DNA of 46,647 bases from a virus, in IMG/VR virus record IMGVR_UViG_3300010399_000049, positions 1-46,647 of that record, one strand, 5' to 3'. Within the stretch, counting starts at the first letter, position 1. Each line of letters begins with the position of its first letter. This document shows positions 16,579 to 23,538 of this stretch, in pieces. The notes under the pieces were generated by a model. The model did no database searches, was not told the origin of the DNA, and worked only from the letters and a program-made list of their open reading frames with translations. A program made the position numbers and the translations under genes.

Positions 16579-16607
16579 TTGACCGTTACACCACTCTGCG
16601 GTACTAT
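16579..16607 (+). promoter_or_regulatory. Near-consensus sigma70-type promoter (TTGACC-N17-TACTAT) for the plus-strand micro-operon
   Basis: -35 TTGACC at 16579-16584, exact 17-nt spacer, -10 TACTAT at 16602-16607. AGGAG RBS at 16627 and ATG at 16640. Confidence 0.65.
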
Positions 16608-16621
16608 TGTTACACCACTCT
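16585..16621. promoter_or_regulatory. Two exact 13-bp direct repeats GTTACACCACTCT (16585-16597 and 16609-16621); candidate operator/activator sites
   Basis: Read directly; starts are 24 bp apart. Copy 1 fills the promoter spacer next to the -35. Copy 2 covers the predicted transcription start. Confidence 0.6.
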
Positions 16622-16639
16622 TTGCTAGGAGAACCGATT

Positions 16640-16855
16640 ATGAACCTCATCGCCGAAAACGAATACACGAACATCCGCGAACTCGCGTCCAGCGTCGGCC
16701 TTCACTCGAAGGTCAAAGATTCTCGCGACGGCCACGAAATCTTCGAACTGAGCACCGGCGCGAACGGACAGGGCCAGGTCTGGCTGTTCGATAGCGCAGA
16801 GCGCACTCTGGCCTTCCTGGACGGCTATGAAGCCGGCCGGATCGCGGGTCGCTGA
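16640..16855 (+). CDS. Hypothetical small acidic protein (71 aa)
   Basis: ATG 16640, 8 nt after AGGAG. It is the C-terminal part of ORF-track ORF 16607..16855. Confidence 0.6.
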   Translation: MNLIAENEYTNIRELASSVGLHSKVKDSRDGHEIFELSTGANGQGQVWLFDSAERTLAFLDGYEAGRIAGR

Positions 16856-16856
16856 A

Positions 16857-17012
16857 ATGTGCGATCACCTTGGGGATTGCGTCGAGGCGCTCTGCGGAAA
16901 CGAGCGTGCGCGCGCCGAAATCGAGGCGCTGATGGAACGCGAGGCCCGCGAGCCCGAGCCGTCCTACGAGGAGCAGATGCGCGACGCTGGGCGGGGGCAT
17001 CTGCTCGGATGA
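16857..17012 (+). CDS. Hypothetical small protein (51 aa; alternative start 16827)
   Basis: ATG lies 1 nt after the upstream TGA. Cys/Glu-rich. Confidence 0.45.
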   Translation: MCDHLGDCVEALCGNERARAEIEALMEREAREPEPSYEEQMRDAGRGHLLG

Positions 17013-17233
17013 GCGACTTTACGCGCAATCCGGGCGGATTAGAGACTTACGCGACGGCCCCGCCGGCGCTCTGGACGATGGGCCTCCACGACATCGAAAC
17101 CGACGCGCTCTTGGCATCCGTGACGGTCGAGAGCCCCAATGTCATCGCGGCCTCCGAAGCGGCCATGGAGGCGGTCGCGAGCCGCCCGTGGGGCGAGGGC
17201 GAATGGTATATGACCATCGCGATGAGGCTCTGA
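17009..17233 (+). CDS. Hypothetical small protein (74 aa)
   Basis: ATGA overlap with the upstream stop. C-terminal part of ORF-track ORF 16859..17233. Confidence 0.5.
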   Translation: MSDFTRNPGGLETYATAPPALWTMGLHDIETDALLASVTVESPNVIAASEAAMEAVASRPWGEGEWYMTIAMRL

Positions 17234-17412
17234 TGGAGCTGGATCCGAAAACCAACCCGGTCGCGCTCCGGCTCTCCAAGGCCGTCGAGTTCCGCCTTCA
17301 GCGGCGCGCGATCGGCGAGCCATGGCAGCTCTACGCTGTCACCGAATCCAAGGAGTTCGGGCGGTTCGTGGGGCTGGTCTCGTCCCTGGGGAGCGAACCG
17401 CGATGCCCATGA
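17233..17412 (+). CDS. Hypothetical small protein (59 aa)
   Basis: TGATG overlap with the upstream stop. In frame within ORF-track ORF 17188..17412. Confidence 0.45.
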   Translation: MELDPKTNPVALRLSKAVEFRLQRRAIGEPWQLYAVTESKEFGRFVGLVSSLGSEPRCP

Positions 17413-17636
17413 CCAGCGCCGAGCGCATCCGCCGGCTGCGCGAGCGGCGCCGCGGCATCTGCCCGGCCTGCAATCTCGTCTGCCTGAAATGCGGGATGCG
17501 ATCGGTCGATACCCGCGGCCGCTTCGTCGACCACATCTGCTCAAACCCCGATGCCGAGGTGCTCAGGTCGAAGTGCGAGGAGTGCCGGGAAGCAGCTCGA
17601 GCGGCGTCGCGATTGCGGCGCCAGGCCCAGGACTAG
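17403..17636 (+). CDS. Small basic zinc-ribbon protein (77 aa), last gene of the micro-operon
   Basis: CPAC..CLKC ... C..(x)..CEEC with Arg-rich termini. The ATG overlaps the previous gene by 10 nt. Confidence 0.5.
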   Translation: MPMTSAERIRRLRERRRGICPACNLVCLKCGMRSVDTRGRFVDHICSNPDAEVLRSKCEECREAARAASRLRRQAQD

Positions 17637-17757
17637 GGCGCTCCCGTCGACAGGCCCGGCACGTTTTGCCCGGGCCTGTTTTCTTTCGCCGGCCGAGGTT
17701 GCGCCGGAACCTGTAGCGCGGCTCGTTCGCGTGCCCGCACGCGCAGACCCAGGTCAT
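17563..17757 (-). CDS. Possible small zinc-ribbon ORF reading through the terminator hairpin
   Basis: ATGA overlap with the stop of 17754..18107. The N-terminus WVCACGH...TCRAC looks like a real protein, but the rest overlaps the convergent gene. Confidence 0.3.
   Translation of the reverse strand: MTWVCACGHANEPRYRFRRNLGRRKKTGPGKTCRACRRERPSPGPGAAIATPLELLPGTPRTST
17650..17687 (+). terminator. Rho-independent terminator at the convergence of the micro-operon and the early-left operon
   Basis: acaggcccgg / ccgggcctgt 10-bp stem, 10-nt loop, then TTTCTTTC. Starts 14 nt after the stop at 17636. Confidence 0.75.
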
Positions 17758-18107
17758 CGCCGCTCGGTCTCCCAGGGCAACGTCCAGGACGCGTGGCGCA
17801 TCCCTTCCTCAGCGACGCCCCAGAAGATGCGCTGTCCGTCGTGCATGGCTGTATGCTCGCCACCATGGCCTGCGACCGCACGGCAACGCGAAGGGCCGAG
17901 AGAAGACACCGCCTCGCAGCGAGGCCCACCTAGCGTAGCCGCGACCGGAGGGAGCGCCCCTACTCGTCCTCGGAGTTCTTCTACCTCTCTCTGTAGACGC
18001 TCTATGGTGTCTGCGGCTTCCAGCATCCGTGCGCGCTGATAGGCGTGGATATTCGTGCTGGCCGCGTCGGATCGTAGCAGGACCTCGATGGGCGTCTGCT
18101 CACTCAT
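17754..18107 (-). CDS. Hypothetical protein (117 aa)
   Basis: ORF-track ORF. Its start overlaps the upstream stop, and it has a coiled-coil-like N-terminus. Confidence 0.5.
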   Translation of the reverse strand: MSEQTPIEVLLRSDAASTNIHAYQRARMLEAADTIERLQREVEELRGRVGALPPVAATLGGPRCEAVSSLGPSRCRAVAGHGGEHTAMHDGQRIFWGVAEEGMRHASWTLPWETERR

Positions 18108-19192
18108 GCTTCACCTCTCAAGTGCTTCTCGTAGTGATCCAGCGCATCAAGAACGTGATTGTATCTGACCACTCTCCAGCCGCCGTCCTTTTCTTCGATG
18201 TACGAACGGCCTTTCAGTTCCGCTCGTAACGATTCAAGTGAGGGGGATGCGTTGGTGCGACTCCCTTCGGTCGTCGGCTTCGCCTGGCTGGCCTTGATAG
18301 CGGCTTCGAGAGCGCGTCTCATCCCGACGTATCCCGGCTCGCAGTAGTCGCGATGAACGAAAACGTCCAGGGCTAGTTTCGCAATCTCATCCGTCACCAG
18401 GACTACGGGAGTGGGATTTGCGGCATCGCTTCGCGATGGCTCCGCGAGGCTGGTGGGGTCGAAATCGTGATCGTAGTCTGGATGCTCACCGCGATTGTCC
18501 GCATCGTACACGGCATCGCCGCCGCAGGTTCGACAGCCACGCGGAGCCGCCGAAGGCGCACCATCTACGTCCTCTCTACCTGTCTGGAATGGATGGCAGA
18601 GAAGGCAGTTACGACGGCCCTTGCAAAAGCACTCGTCGCCGTCGCAATCGAGATGGATTCTCGGATTGTCGCCGCCGTATGGAGCGACCGCATCTTCCGG
18701 TTTACCACACCCAGGGAACGTACAGAGAGGTGATAGACCCTGCTTTCCTAGATCGCTTTCGTCTTGGGGATAGTGTGCCGTCGCTTCGCTCCGGTGCTTC
18801 GCATCGCTGGCCGTCTCGTCGGCGGTGTCTCGGTAGTGGTGGCGCTCGTAGGTCTCGGTCCGCCCAACGAACGAATGGAACTGCGAGAAGCGCGATGCGC
18901 CGCAACGGTAGTTCGTCCTAGGGTCGCGATACATGCACTCGCCTTCGGGGCTGATAGCGGGCGGAGCCGACGCCGTAAGGCGGCGCACCTCATCCTCTAA
19001 CTCGGTGATTCGAGCTAAGAGGTCCGCTATGTCTTGAGGTGCGTGGGCGATGAAGGTCGCGTCGGCGAGCGTGAACGTCGTGCCCTCTTGGTCCTCGGCG
19101 GCCATGATCTCGTCCCGCGTGTACCAGCCAACCTCGGGGACGTGGACCGCGTTCAATCGGCTCTCTATCTTCTCTATCGCTTTGCGATCCAT
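18104..19192 (-). CDS. Ead/Ea22-like N-terminal domain protein with Cys/His/Asp-rich centre (362 aa)
   Basis: ..FIAHAPQDIADLLARITELEDEVRRL.. resembles Ea22-like prophage proteins. Multiple CxxC/CxC clusters. G+C is visibly lower. Confidence 0.55.
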   Translation of the reverse strand: MDRKAIEKIESRLNAVHVPEVGWYTRDEIMAAEDQEGTTFTLADATFIAHAPQDIADLLARITELEDEVRRLTASAPPAISPEGECMYRDPRTNYRCGASRFSQFHSFVGRTETYERHHYRDTADETASDAKHRSEATAHYPQDESDLGKQGLSPLCTFPGCGKPEDAVAPYGGDNPRIHLDCDGDECFCKGRRNCLLCHPFQTGREDVDGAPSAAPRGCRTCGGDAVYDADNRGEHPDYDHDFDPTSLAEPSRSDAANPTPVVLVTDEIAKLALDVFVHRDYCEPGYVGMRRALEAAIKASQAKPTTEGSRTNASPSLESLRAELKGRSYIEEKDGGWRVVRYNHVLDALDHYEKHLRGEA

Positions 19193-19573
19193 CTAACGCT
19201 CCTTGTGGGTGGGTGTGGTGCGCTCCGCTGCGCTACGCGGCTCCGCGTGGCTGGCTTTGGCTTCTGCCATCGCTTGTTCGTAGAGTTCGCGCTCGCGTTT
19301 CGGGGACGATGCGCCGCCCGCATACTTGACCGCCTCGAAGTTGTCGCAAACGTCATCTTCGATGAAGACGCCGTAGTGCGCCGACTCGCTCCACCTGCAG
19401 TTCTTGCAGGGTCGGTCATCTTTGCCGGGACAATCGATGTGGTTCACGCCCTGGATGCGCTGATCGCAATCGACGCAGTGCCATGTGATGACGTTCGCCG
19501 ATGGCTTTGCGTCGTCTGGCGGAGCCGCGAGGGAACCGAGCGCACCATTCACGTCTTTGTCCGTATCACTCAT
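19193..19573 (-). CDS. Cys-rich hypothetical protein (126 aa)
   Basis: Start moved to ATG 19573 (ATGA overlap with the upstream stop). Contains CVDC..C..C.NC clusters. Confidence 0.5.
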   Translation of the reverse strand: MSDTDKDVNGALGSLAAPPDDAKPSANVITWHCVDCDQRIQGVNHIDCPGKDDRPCKNCRWSESAHYGVFIEDDVCDNFEAVKYAGGASSPKRERELYEQAMAEAKASHAEPRSAAERTTPTHKER

Positions 19574-19998
19574 GGCTTTTCTTTCGTTGGGGATGACGTT
19601 GGGGTGCCGCGCTCCGGCGCTATGGATTGGAAGGGCGCTTTGTGCGCTCGCTCCGCTCGCGGCTTCGCCAGGCTGATAACGAGTCTGCCGATAGCGAACC
19701 ACCATACCGGCTTGGTTGTCGTCGCGCACTCCTTGCAGACGACACGGCGCTTGTGGCCGATGAACGTGCGGTTGCAGTTGACGCATGACGGCATGTAGTT
19801 GCCGTTCTCGTGCAGGCCATCTTCGAGCCAATCGAGCCCGTCGAGTCCGTTCCGCGCTCGAATCACGCGCATACGGAGGACGCTCGCATAGTTGGCGTTA
19901 TCGAAGTTGGTCAGCCGATCGCGCATGGCCCGCGCCTCGGGGCTCAACGTGGCAGGCGTAGCCGCGAGCCGGGGCGAGCGCATATCATCCTGGTTCAC
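19570..19998 (-). CDS. Cys-rich hypothetical protein, paralog A (FIGHKRRVxCKxCA motif)
   Basis: Shares DW.ED..ENG.Y..C....FIGHKRRV.CK.CA and a 22-nt identical DNA stretch with 20863..21309. Confidence 0.55.
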   Translation of the reverse strand: MNQDDMRSPRLAATPATLSPEARAMRDRLTNFDNANYASVLRMRVIRARNGLDGLDWLEDGLHENGNYMPSCVNCNRTFIGHKRRVVCKECATTTKPVWWFAIGRLVISLAKPRAERAHKAPFQSIAPERGTPTSSPTKEKP

Positions 19999-20001
19999 GT
20001 T

Positions 20002-20274
20002 TTACCTCCCCTTAGAAGAGTGGGGGGACGATGAGGTGCCGTCGCCTTCGGCTCCGGGCGCTGCGGCGCGGGAAGAACGAACCCGGTCCATCGCCATGCC
20101 GAGGTACAGGATGCCGATGAGCAGGACCGTGTTCGTTACGGGCCGTCCATCGAGAAGTGCGCCGCCGAGGGCTACGATCAGGTAGACGAACAGCACGAAG
20201 CTCGCGAGGATTTGCGCCAACTCCCAAACGAGGTTGAGGAGTTCGAGCCAAAGAGAACGCTCTGCTGATTTCAT
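20002..20274 (-). CDS. Small membrane protein (two predicted TM helices)
   Basis: Hydrophobic stretches LAQILASFVLFVYLIVALGGALL and VLLIGILYLGMAM. Confidence 0.55.
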   Translation of the reverse strand: MKSAERSLWLELLNLVWELAQILASFVLFVYLIVALGGALLDGRPVTNTVLLIGILYLGMAMDRVRSSRAAAPGAEGDGTSSSPHSSKGR

Positions 20275-20624
20275 TTGGTCACGTCCTTTTCCGCAGAAAC
20301 CGAGGGGGATGATACGCCGCCCTCACGGGCGGGCTCCGCGTGGCGATGCTTGTCCTGGCCCTCTAGCCATGCGAGTACGTCGCGGTGAGGCGCGATGAGC
20401 GCCTGATGCATCCCCTGCTTTTCGGCAAGCGCAATCTTCGCTTGCTCTGCGACGATCCGATAGGTCAGCGTTGGCATCTTGTCGTTCTCTTGGCCGGGCC
20501 GATAGTGCGCCCATATCTGCCGTTGATGTTCACGCGGCAACGCCTTCCAATGCCCGAGGCACATAAACATCTTGGGCGGACACGGGCGTTCGCAACCGAT
20601 AGCGTGGCAGTGGTGCCTCACCAT
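20271..20624 (-). CDS. Zinc-binding small phage protein (HCHAxGC..MC..HW motif)
   Basis: N-terminal HCHAIGCERPCPPKMFMCLGHWKALP pattern, seen in many small phage proteins (recollection). ATGA-type overlaps. Confidence 0.55.
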   Translation of the reverse strand: MVRHHCHAIGCERPCPPKMFMCLGHWKALPREHQRQIWAHYRPGQENDKMPTLTYRIVAEQAKIALAEKQGMHQALIAPHRDVLAWLEGQDKHRHAEPAREGGVSSPSVSAEKDVTK

Positions 20625-20866
20625 GTTACCCGGGCCTCTTTCCGCTGCTCGACAAGACCCTTGACGTGCTCCCGATACAACTCGCCGTTGTGCGCGTGAC
20701 TCTCGGTTTCGCGCAGGCAGTAGCCGTCAATGTAGCGCGTGTGTTCGAGAATGGTCGTATCGGCCTGTGCGTCGCTCAGTTCGGCTTGGAGGACGTATAT
20801 GATACGCTCGGCTTCGCCGTCAGAGAAGTGGTGTCCGATTTTGCAGGCGGCGCAGTAAATCGTCAT
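20618..20866 (-). CDS. Hypothetical protein (82 aa)
   Basis: ORF-track ORF coupled to both neighbours. CAAC near the N-terminus. Confidence 0.5.
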   Translation of the reverse strand: MTIYCAACKIGHHFSDGEAERIIYVLQAELSDAQADTTILEHTRYIDGYCLRETESHAHNGELYREHVKGLVEQRKEARVTW

Positions 20867-21309
20867 TGACGTTCTTCCTTGCCCTCAGGCACCGAGCGAA
20901 GCGAGGCCGCAAAAGCGTTCTCTGCACGGTCGATGACGCAAGCGGCGGCGAGACAAACCGCGCACTTCTCGTCCTCGCATTTGTCAATCTCTCGCTCGCA
21001 TTGTTCCAGCACCGCATAGAGGGCATAGAGACACGGGTTGGGGGAGGGTGTGCCGCCTTCGGCGGGCTTCGCGCAGAGCTTGCAGAGAACGCGGCGCTTG
21101 TGGCCGATGAACGAGAGGCAACACCCCGTATTCTCGTCCCCGCAAAGGTTGATATACCAGCCGTTCTCGTCGCCGAAGTCCTCGGTCCAATCGCGATCAG
21201 AGCGGTGCTTCGCAACCCAGATCGGCTCGCCTGGCGAAGCCGCGACCAACGGGAGCGCACCACGTTCTACCTCCTCAATCTGTCTCCTAAGAGTATCTCG
21301 TAAACTCAT
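20863..21309 (-). CDS. Cys-rich hypothetical protein, paralog B (FIGHKRRVxCKxCA motif)
   Basis: Same motif block as 19570..19998, plus a C-terminal CxxxxxxC..C..C cluster. Confidence 0.55.
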   Translation of the reverse strand: MSLRDTLRRQIEEVERGALPLVAASPGEPIWVAKHRSDRDWTEDFGDENGWYINLCGDENTGCCLSFIGHKRRVLCKLCAKPAEGGTPSPNPCLYALYAVLEQCEREIDKCEDEKCAVCLAAACVIDRAENAFAASLRSVPEGKEERQ

Positions 21310-21890
21310 GCCACACCAGCGTCCGCAAGAATCGACGCCATCGCAGCTTCGTTGCTTGCGTAGAAGTCAGGAACGGGAACACCGGGCCGAGAGGCCAGGT
21401 AGATAAGCGTTCCGGCAACCGCAGGACCGACGAAGGACTCCAAGACCTTCCCCGCTTCACCTGCCAAGTGGATGGCCCATCCGGCACGGCAATGCGTCGT
21501 CTCGCAGGTGTGCCACGTTTCCATATTGAGCCGTTCCGGTTGCGCCTTGATGATGGCCGCGATCTGCGCGTCGAGGTCAGGGATGGCGGGTGCGTAAGGC
21601 AAGCCTACGGCATCGCGCAGGACGGCACGGCGCAGGTCGGCACCGCTCAGGTCGGCACGGCGCAGGTCGGCACCGCTCAGGACGGCACCGCTCAGGTCGG
21701 CACGGCGCAGGTCGGCACCGCGCAGGACGGCACCGCGCAGGTCGGCATCGCTCAGGTCGGCACCGCTCAGGTCGGCACGGCTCAGGTCGGCACGGCGGGA
21801 ATCGCTATACGAACCGTTGCCTTCGTAGTAGTATTCGCGCACCCACTCACCGTGTGCTGTGAGGATGTCTTTCAGTTCATCGGGGTTCAT
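21306..21890 (-). CDS. Pentapeptide-repeat protein with a C-terminal Cys/His/Trp domain
   Basis: About 14 consecutive A(D/V)L(S/R)x pentapeptides (RADLSRADLSGADLSDADLRGAVLRGADLRRADLSG...), followed by ..WHTCETTHCRAGWAIHLAG.. Confidence 0.9.
   Translation of the reverse strand: MNPDELKDILTAHGEWVREYYYEGNGSYSDSRRADLSRADLSGADLSDADLRGAVLRGADLRRADLSGAVLSGADLRRADLSGADLRRAVLRDAVGLPYAPAIPDLDAQIAAIIKAQPERLNMETWHTCETTHCRAGWAIHLAGEAGKVLESFVGPAVAGTLIYLASRPGVPVPDFYASNEAAMASILADAGVA
21618..21797. repeat. Twelve tandem 15-bp units (cagGTCGGCACCGCt-like), coding for the pentapeptide repeats
   Basis: A cag triplet recurs every 15 bp from 21618 to 21783, read directly. Confidence 0.9.
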
Positions 21891-21922
21891 GTTTGCCTTT
21901 CTAAAGACGTGGTGGGTGCGCG

Positions 21923-22591
21923 CTACGCGAACAGGCGCGGTTCGGAGAGCCGGTCGCTCGCCACACTGATAGCCGTCTCGGAAACGTCCGTTGCGATGGA
22001 CGGGTAGCCAAGACGACGAGCCACCGCCGAAGTCGTGCCGCTACCGCAGAACGGCTCAAAGACCAAATCGCCCTGCGGGACCGTGGTCAAGAGGATGCGG
22101 CTGATGACTTCCTCGGGTATCTGATTGACGTAGCCGCGCTTCTCGCTGGAAACGTTCTTGACCATTTCCACCTGCCACCAATCGTATAGGTCGCAGCCAT
22201 CGGACCCGTTCCGGATTAGTTCCATAACCCGTGCGTCGCCAAGATTCTTGTAAGGCTGCTTCACCAGCGAAAGGTCGGGCTCGCAGTTGAACCACGCTAT
22301 CATCCGCCATTGGCGATTTAGGTTGGAGTTGTAGCACCAAGCCACGATGCGGCGCGGAAGGCCAAGAACCGGCACTACGCTTGCGAGCATAACTTCCGGG
22401 TAGTTGACGATGACCGAGCGGTATCCAACGAGCGGAACGAACAGGTCACGGTAGCCGTCCCCCGTCAGGCTATCCCGATATTCCGGATAGGCGAACCCCA
22501 CGTTGTAGGGTGGATCCGTCACGACCCAGCAGGCGTCCTTCGCCGGCAGATGGTCGCGGTAGTCTCCGAGGACGAGGTCGGCCTGTATCAA
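21923..22591 (-). CDS. DNA methyltransferase (N6_N4 type, DPPY motif; probably N6-adenine), no cognate restriction enzyme obvious
   Basis: Motif IV VVTDPPYN near the N-terminus and motif I VFEPFCGSGTT near the C-terminus (beta-class order). Confidence 0.85.
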   Translation of the reverse strand: MIQADLVLGDYRDHLPAKDACWVVTDPPYNVGFAYPEYRDSLTGDGYRDLFVPLVGYRSVIVNYPEVMLASVVPVLGLPRRIVAWCYNSNLNRQWRMIAWFNCEPDLSLVKQPYKNLGDARVMELIRNGSDGCDLYDWWQVEMVKNVSSEKRGYVNQIPEEVISRILLTTVPQGDLVFEPFCGSGTTSAVARRLGYPSIATDVSETAISVASDRLSEPRLFA

Positions 22592-22926
22592 AGCGTCTTC
22601 TTTCTGAAAGGCGGGATTTTGGTGCGGCCGCGACCGGCGAGGATAAGGTTGACGGCTGCGACGCCGCGGTTTGCTCTATCGAGCCCGACGCTGACGTTGT
22701 GCGTCGCGTGCGCGAGTTTGTGGCACGGCTCGGAGAGCGCGATGCCGTTCTCGACGATCCAGCGCGCGTTCGGCTCCCCGGTGATTTGCGAGAGGAAGAC
22801 CATGTGATGCGCCTCGGCGAAGGAGCGGTCGCAATCCGGCGCGTGGGTTTCGGACGCGCATAGGAAGCCATCTTCTTCGCCGACGAGCATCTTCCACTCG
22901 CTGCCGTCCTCGGCTATCCGGATCAT
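22588..22926 (-). CDS. HNH-like nuclease-fold protein (112 aa)
   Basis: ..AEAHHMVF..(x)..ENGIALSEPCHKLAH fits an HNH core. ATGA-type coupling to the methyltransferase gene. Confidence 0.5.
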   Translation of the reverse strand: MIRIAEDGSEWKMLVGEEDGFLCASETHAPDCDRSFAEAHHMVFLSQITGEPNARWIVENGIALSEPCHKLAHATHNVSVGLDRANRGVAAVNLILAGRGRTKIPPFRKKTL

Positions 22927-23147
22927 CGGGCTTCCGTGCGCAGATGCACCATGAAAGCGTCAAGGAGCCTCTTCGGGATGTCGTTCGGGCAGACGCCGTC
23001 CTCGAGCGGCGCGTCGCAAAATCCGCAACGAGCCAGGCTTTTCCGCAGGCGCTCGATTTCCAGCACCGCCTCGATCCGAAGCAAATCGACGGGGTCGCCG
23101 CTCCCGCGCACGATGCCGGCCAGAAGACGCTCTACGAGGTCGCTCAT
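22923..23147 (-). CDS. Hypothetical protein (74 aa)
   Basis: ORF-track ORF, coupled to neighbours. Contains CGFC..C. Confidence 0.45.
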   Translation of the reverse strand: MSDLVERLLAGIVRGSGDPVDLLRIEAVLEIERLRKSLARCGFCDAPLEDGVCPNDIPKRLLDAFMVHLRTEAR

Positions 23148-23344
23148 CTGGCGCCGCCATGTCGCGGGCAGAACGGAGGAGCGTTGTTCGCGAAGATGGC
23201 GCGTAGTAGGCGCTCGAGCCCGGTCGTCTTGCGCGAGCAGCCGTTTCGCTTACAGGTGCGCGCGAAGCCGCCCCAATACGGCGCTTCGGCGTTCCGCGCC
23301 ATCGCGTGCCAGGCGTCGTTGCGGATTTTGCGGTGCCCGTTCAT
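23144..23344 (-). CDS. Hypothetical basic protein (66 aa)
   Basis: ORF-track ORF, coupled to neighbours. Confidence 0.45.
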   Translation of the reverse strand: MNGHRKIRNDAWHAMARNAEAPYWGGFARTCKRNGCSRKTTGLERLLRAIFANNAPPFCPRHGGAR

Positions 23345-23538
23345 CGGACAAGCACCCGGGCGAAGTAGAGCGCGCCGGCGATCAGCACGCAGACGAGGAC
23401 GACGCGAACGGTGCCCGAGGGCTCCTGGACGCCGAAGAGCAGGCCGTCGACGTAGCGCCAGGGGCGACGGACGGCCCGGTAGAGCCGTCGGACGAGACGG
23501 AAGTCGAGCGGGTGGATGGCTGGGTCCTCGTTCAGCAC
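23341..23538 (-). CDS. Small protein with a C-terminal TM helix (65 aa)
   Basis: In-frame GTG 23538 overlaps the upstream stop (GTGCTGA). C-terminus VRVVLVCVLIAGALYFARVLV. Confidence 0.4.
   Translation of the reverse strand: MLNEDPAIHPLDFRLVRRLYRAVRRPWRYVDGLLFGVQEPSGTVRVVLVCVLIAGALYFARVLVR

Noticed and set aside
21618-21797. Regular 15-bp tandem array that at first glance resembles a mini-CRISPR or satellite.
   Set aside because: There are no spacers, and the period is exactly five codons. The array is in frame with a long ORF that encodes canonical pentapeptide repeats.
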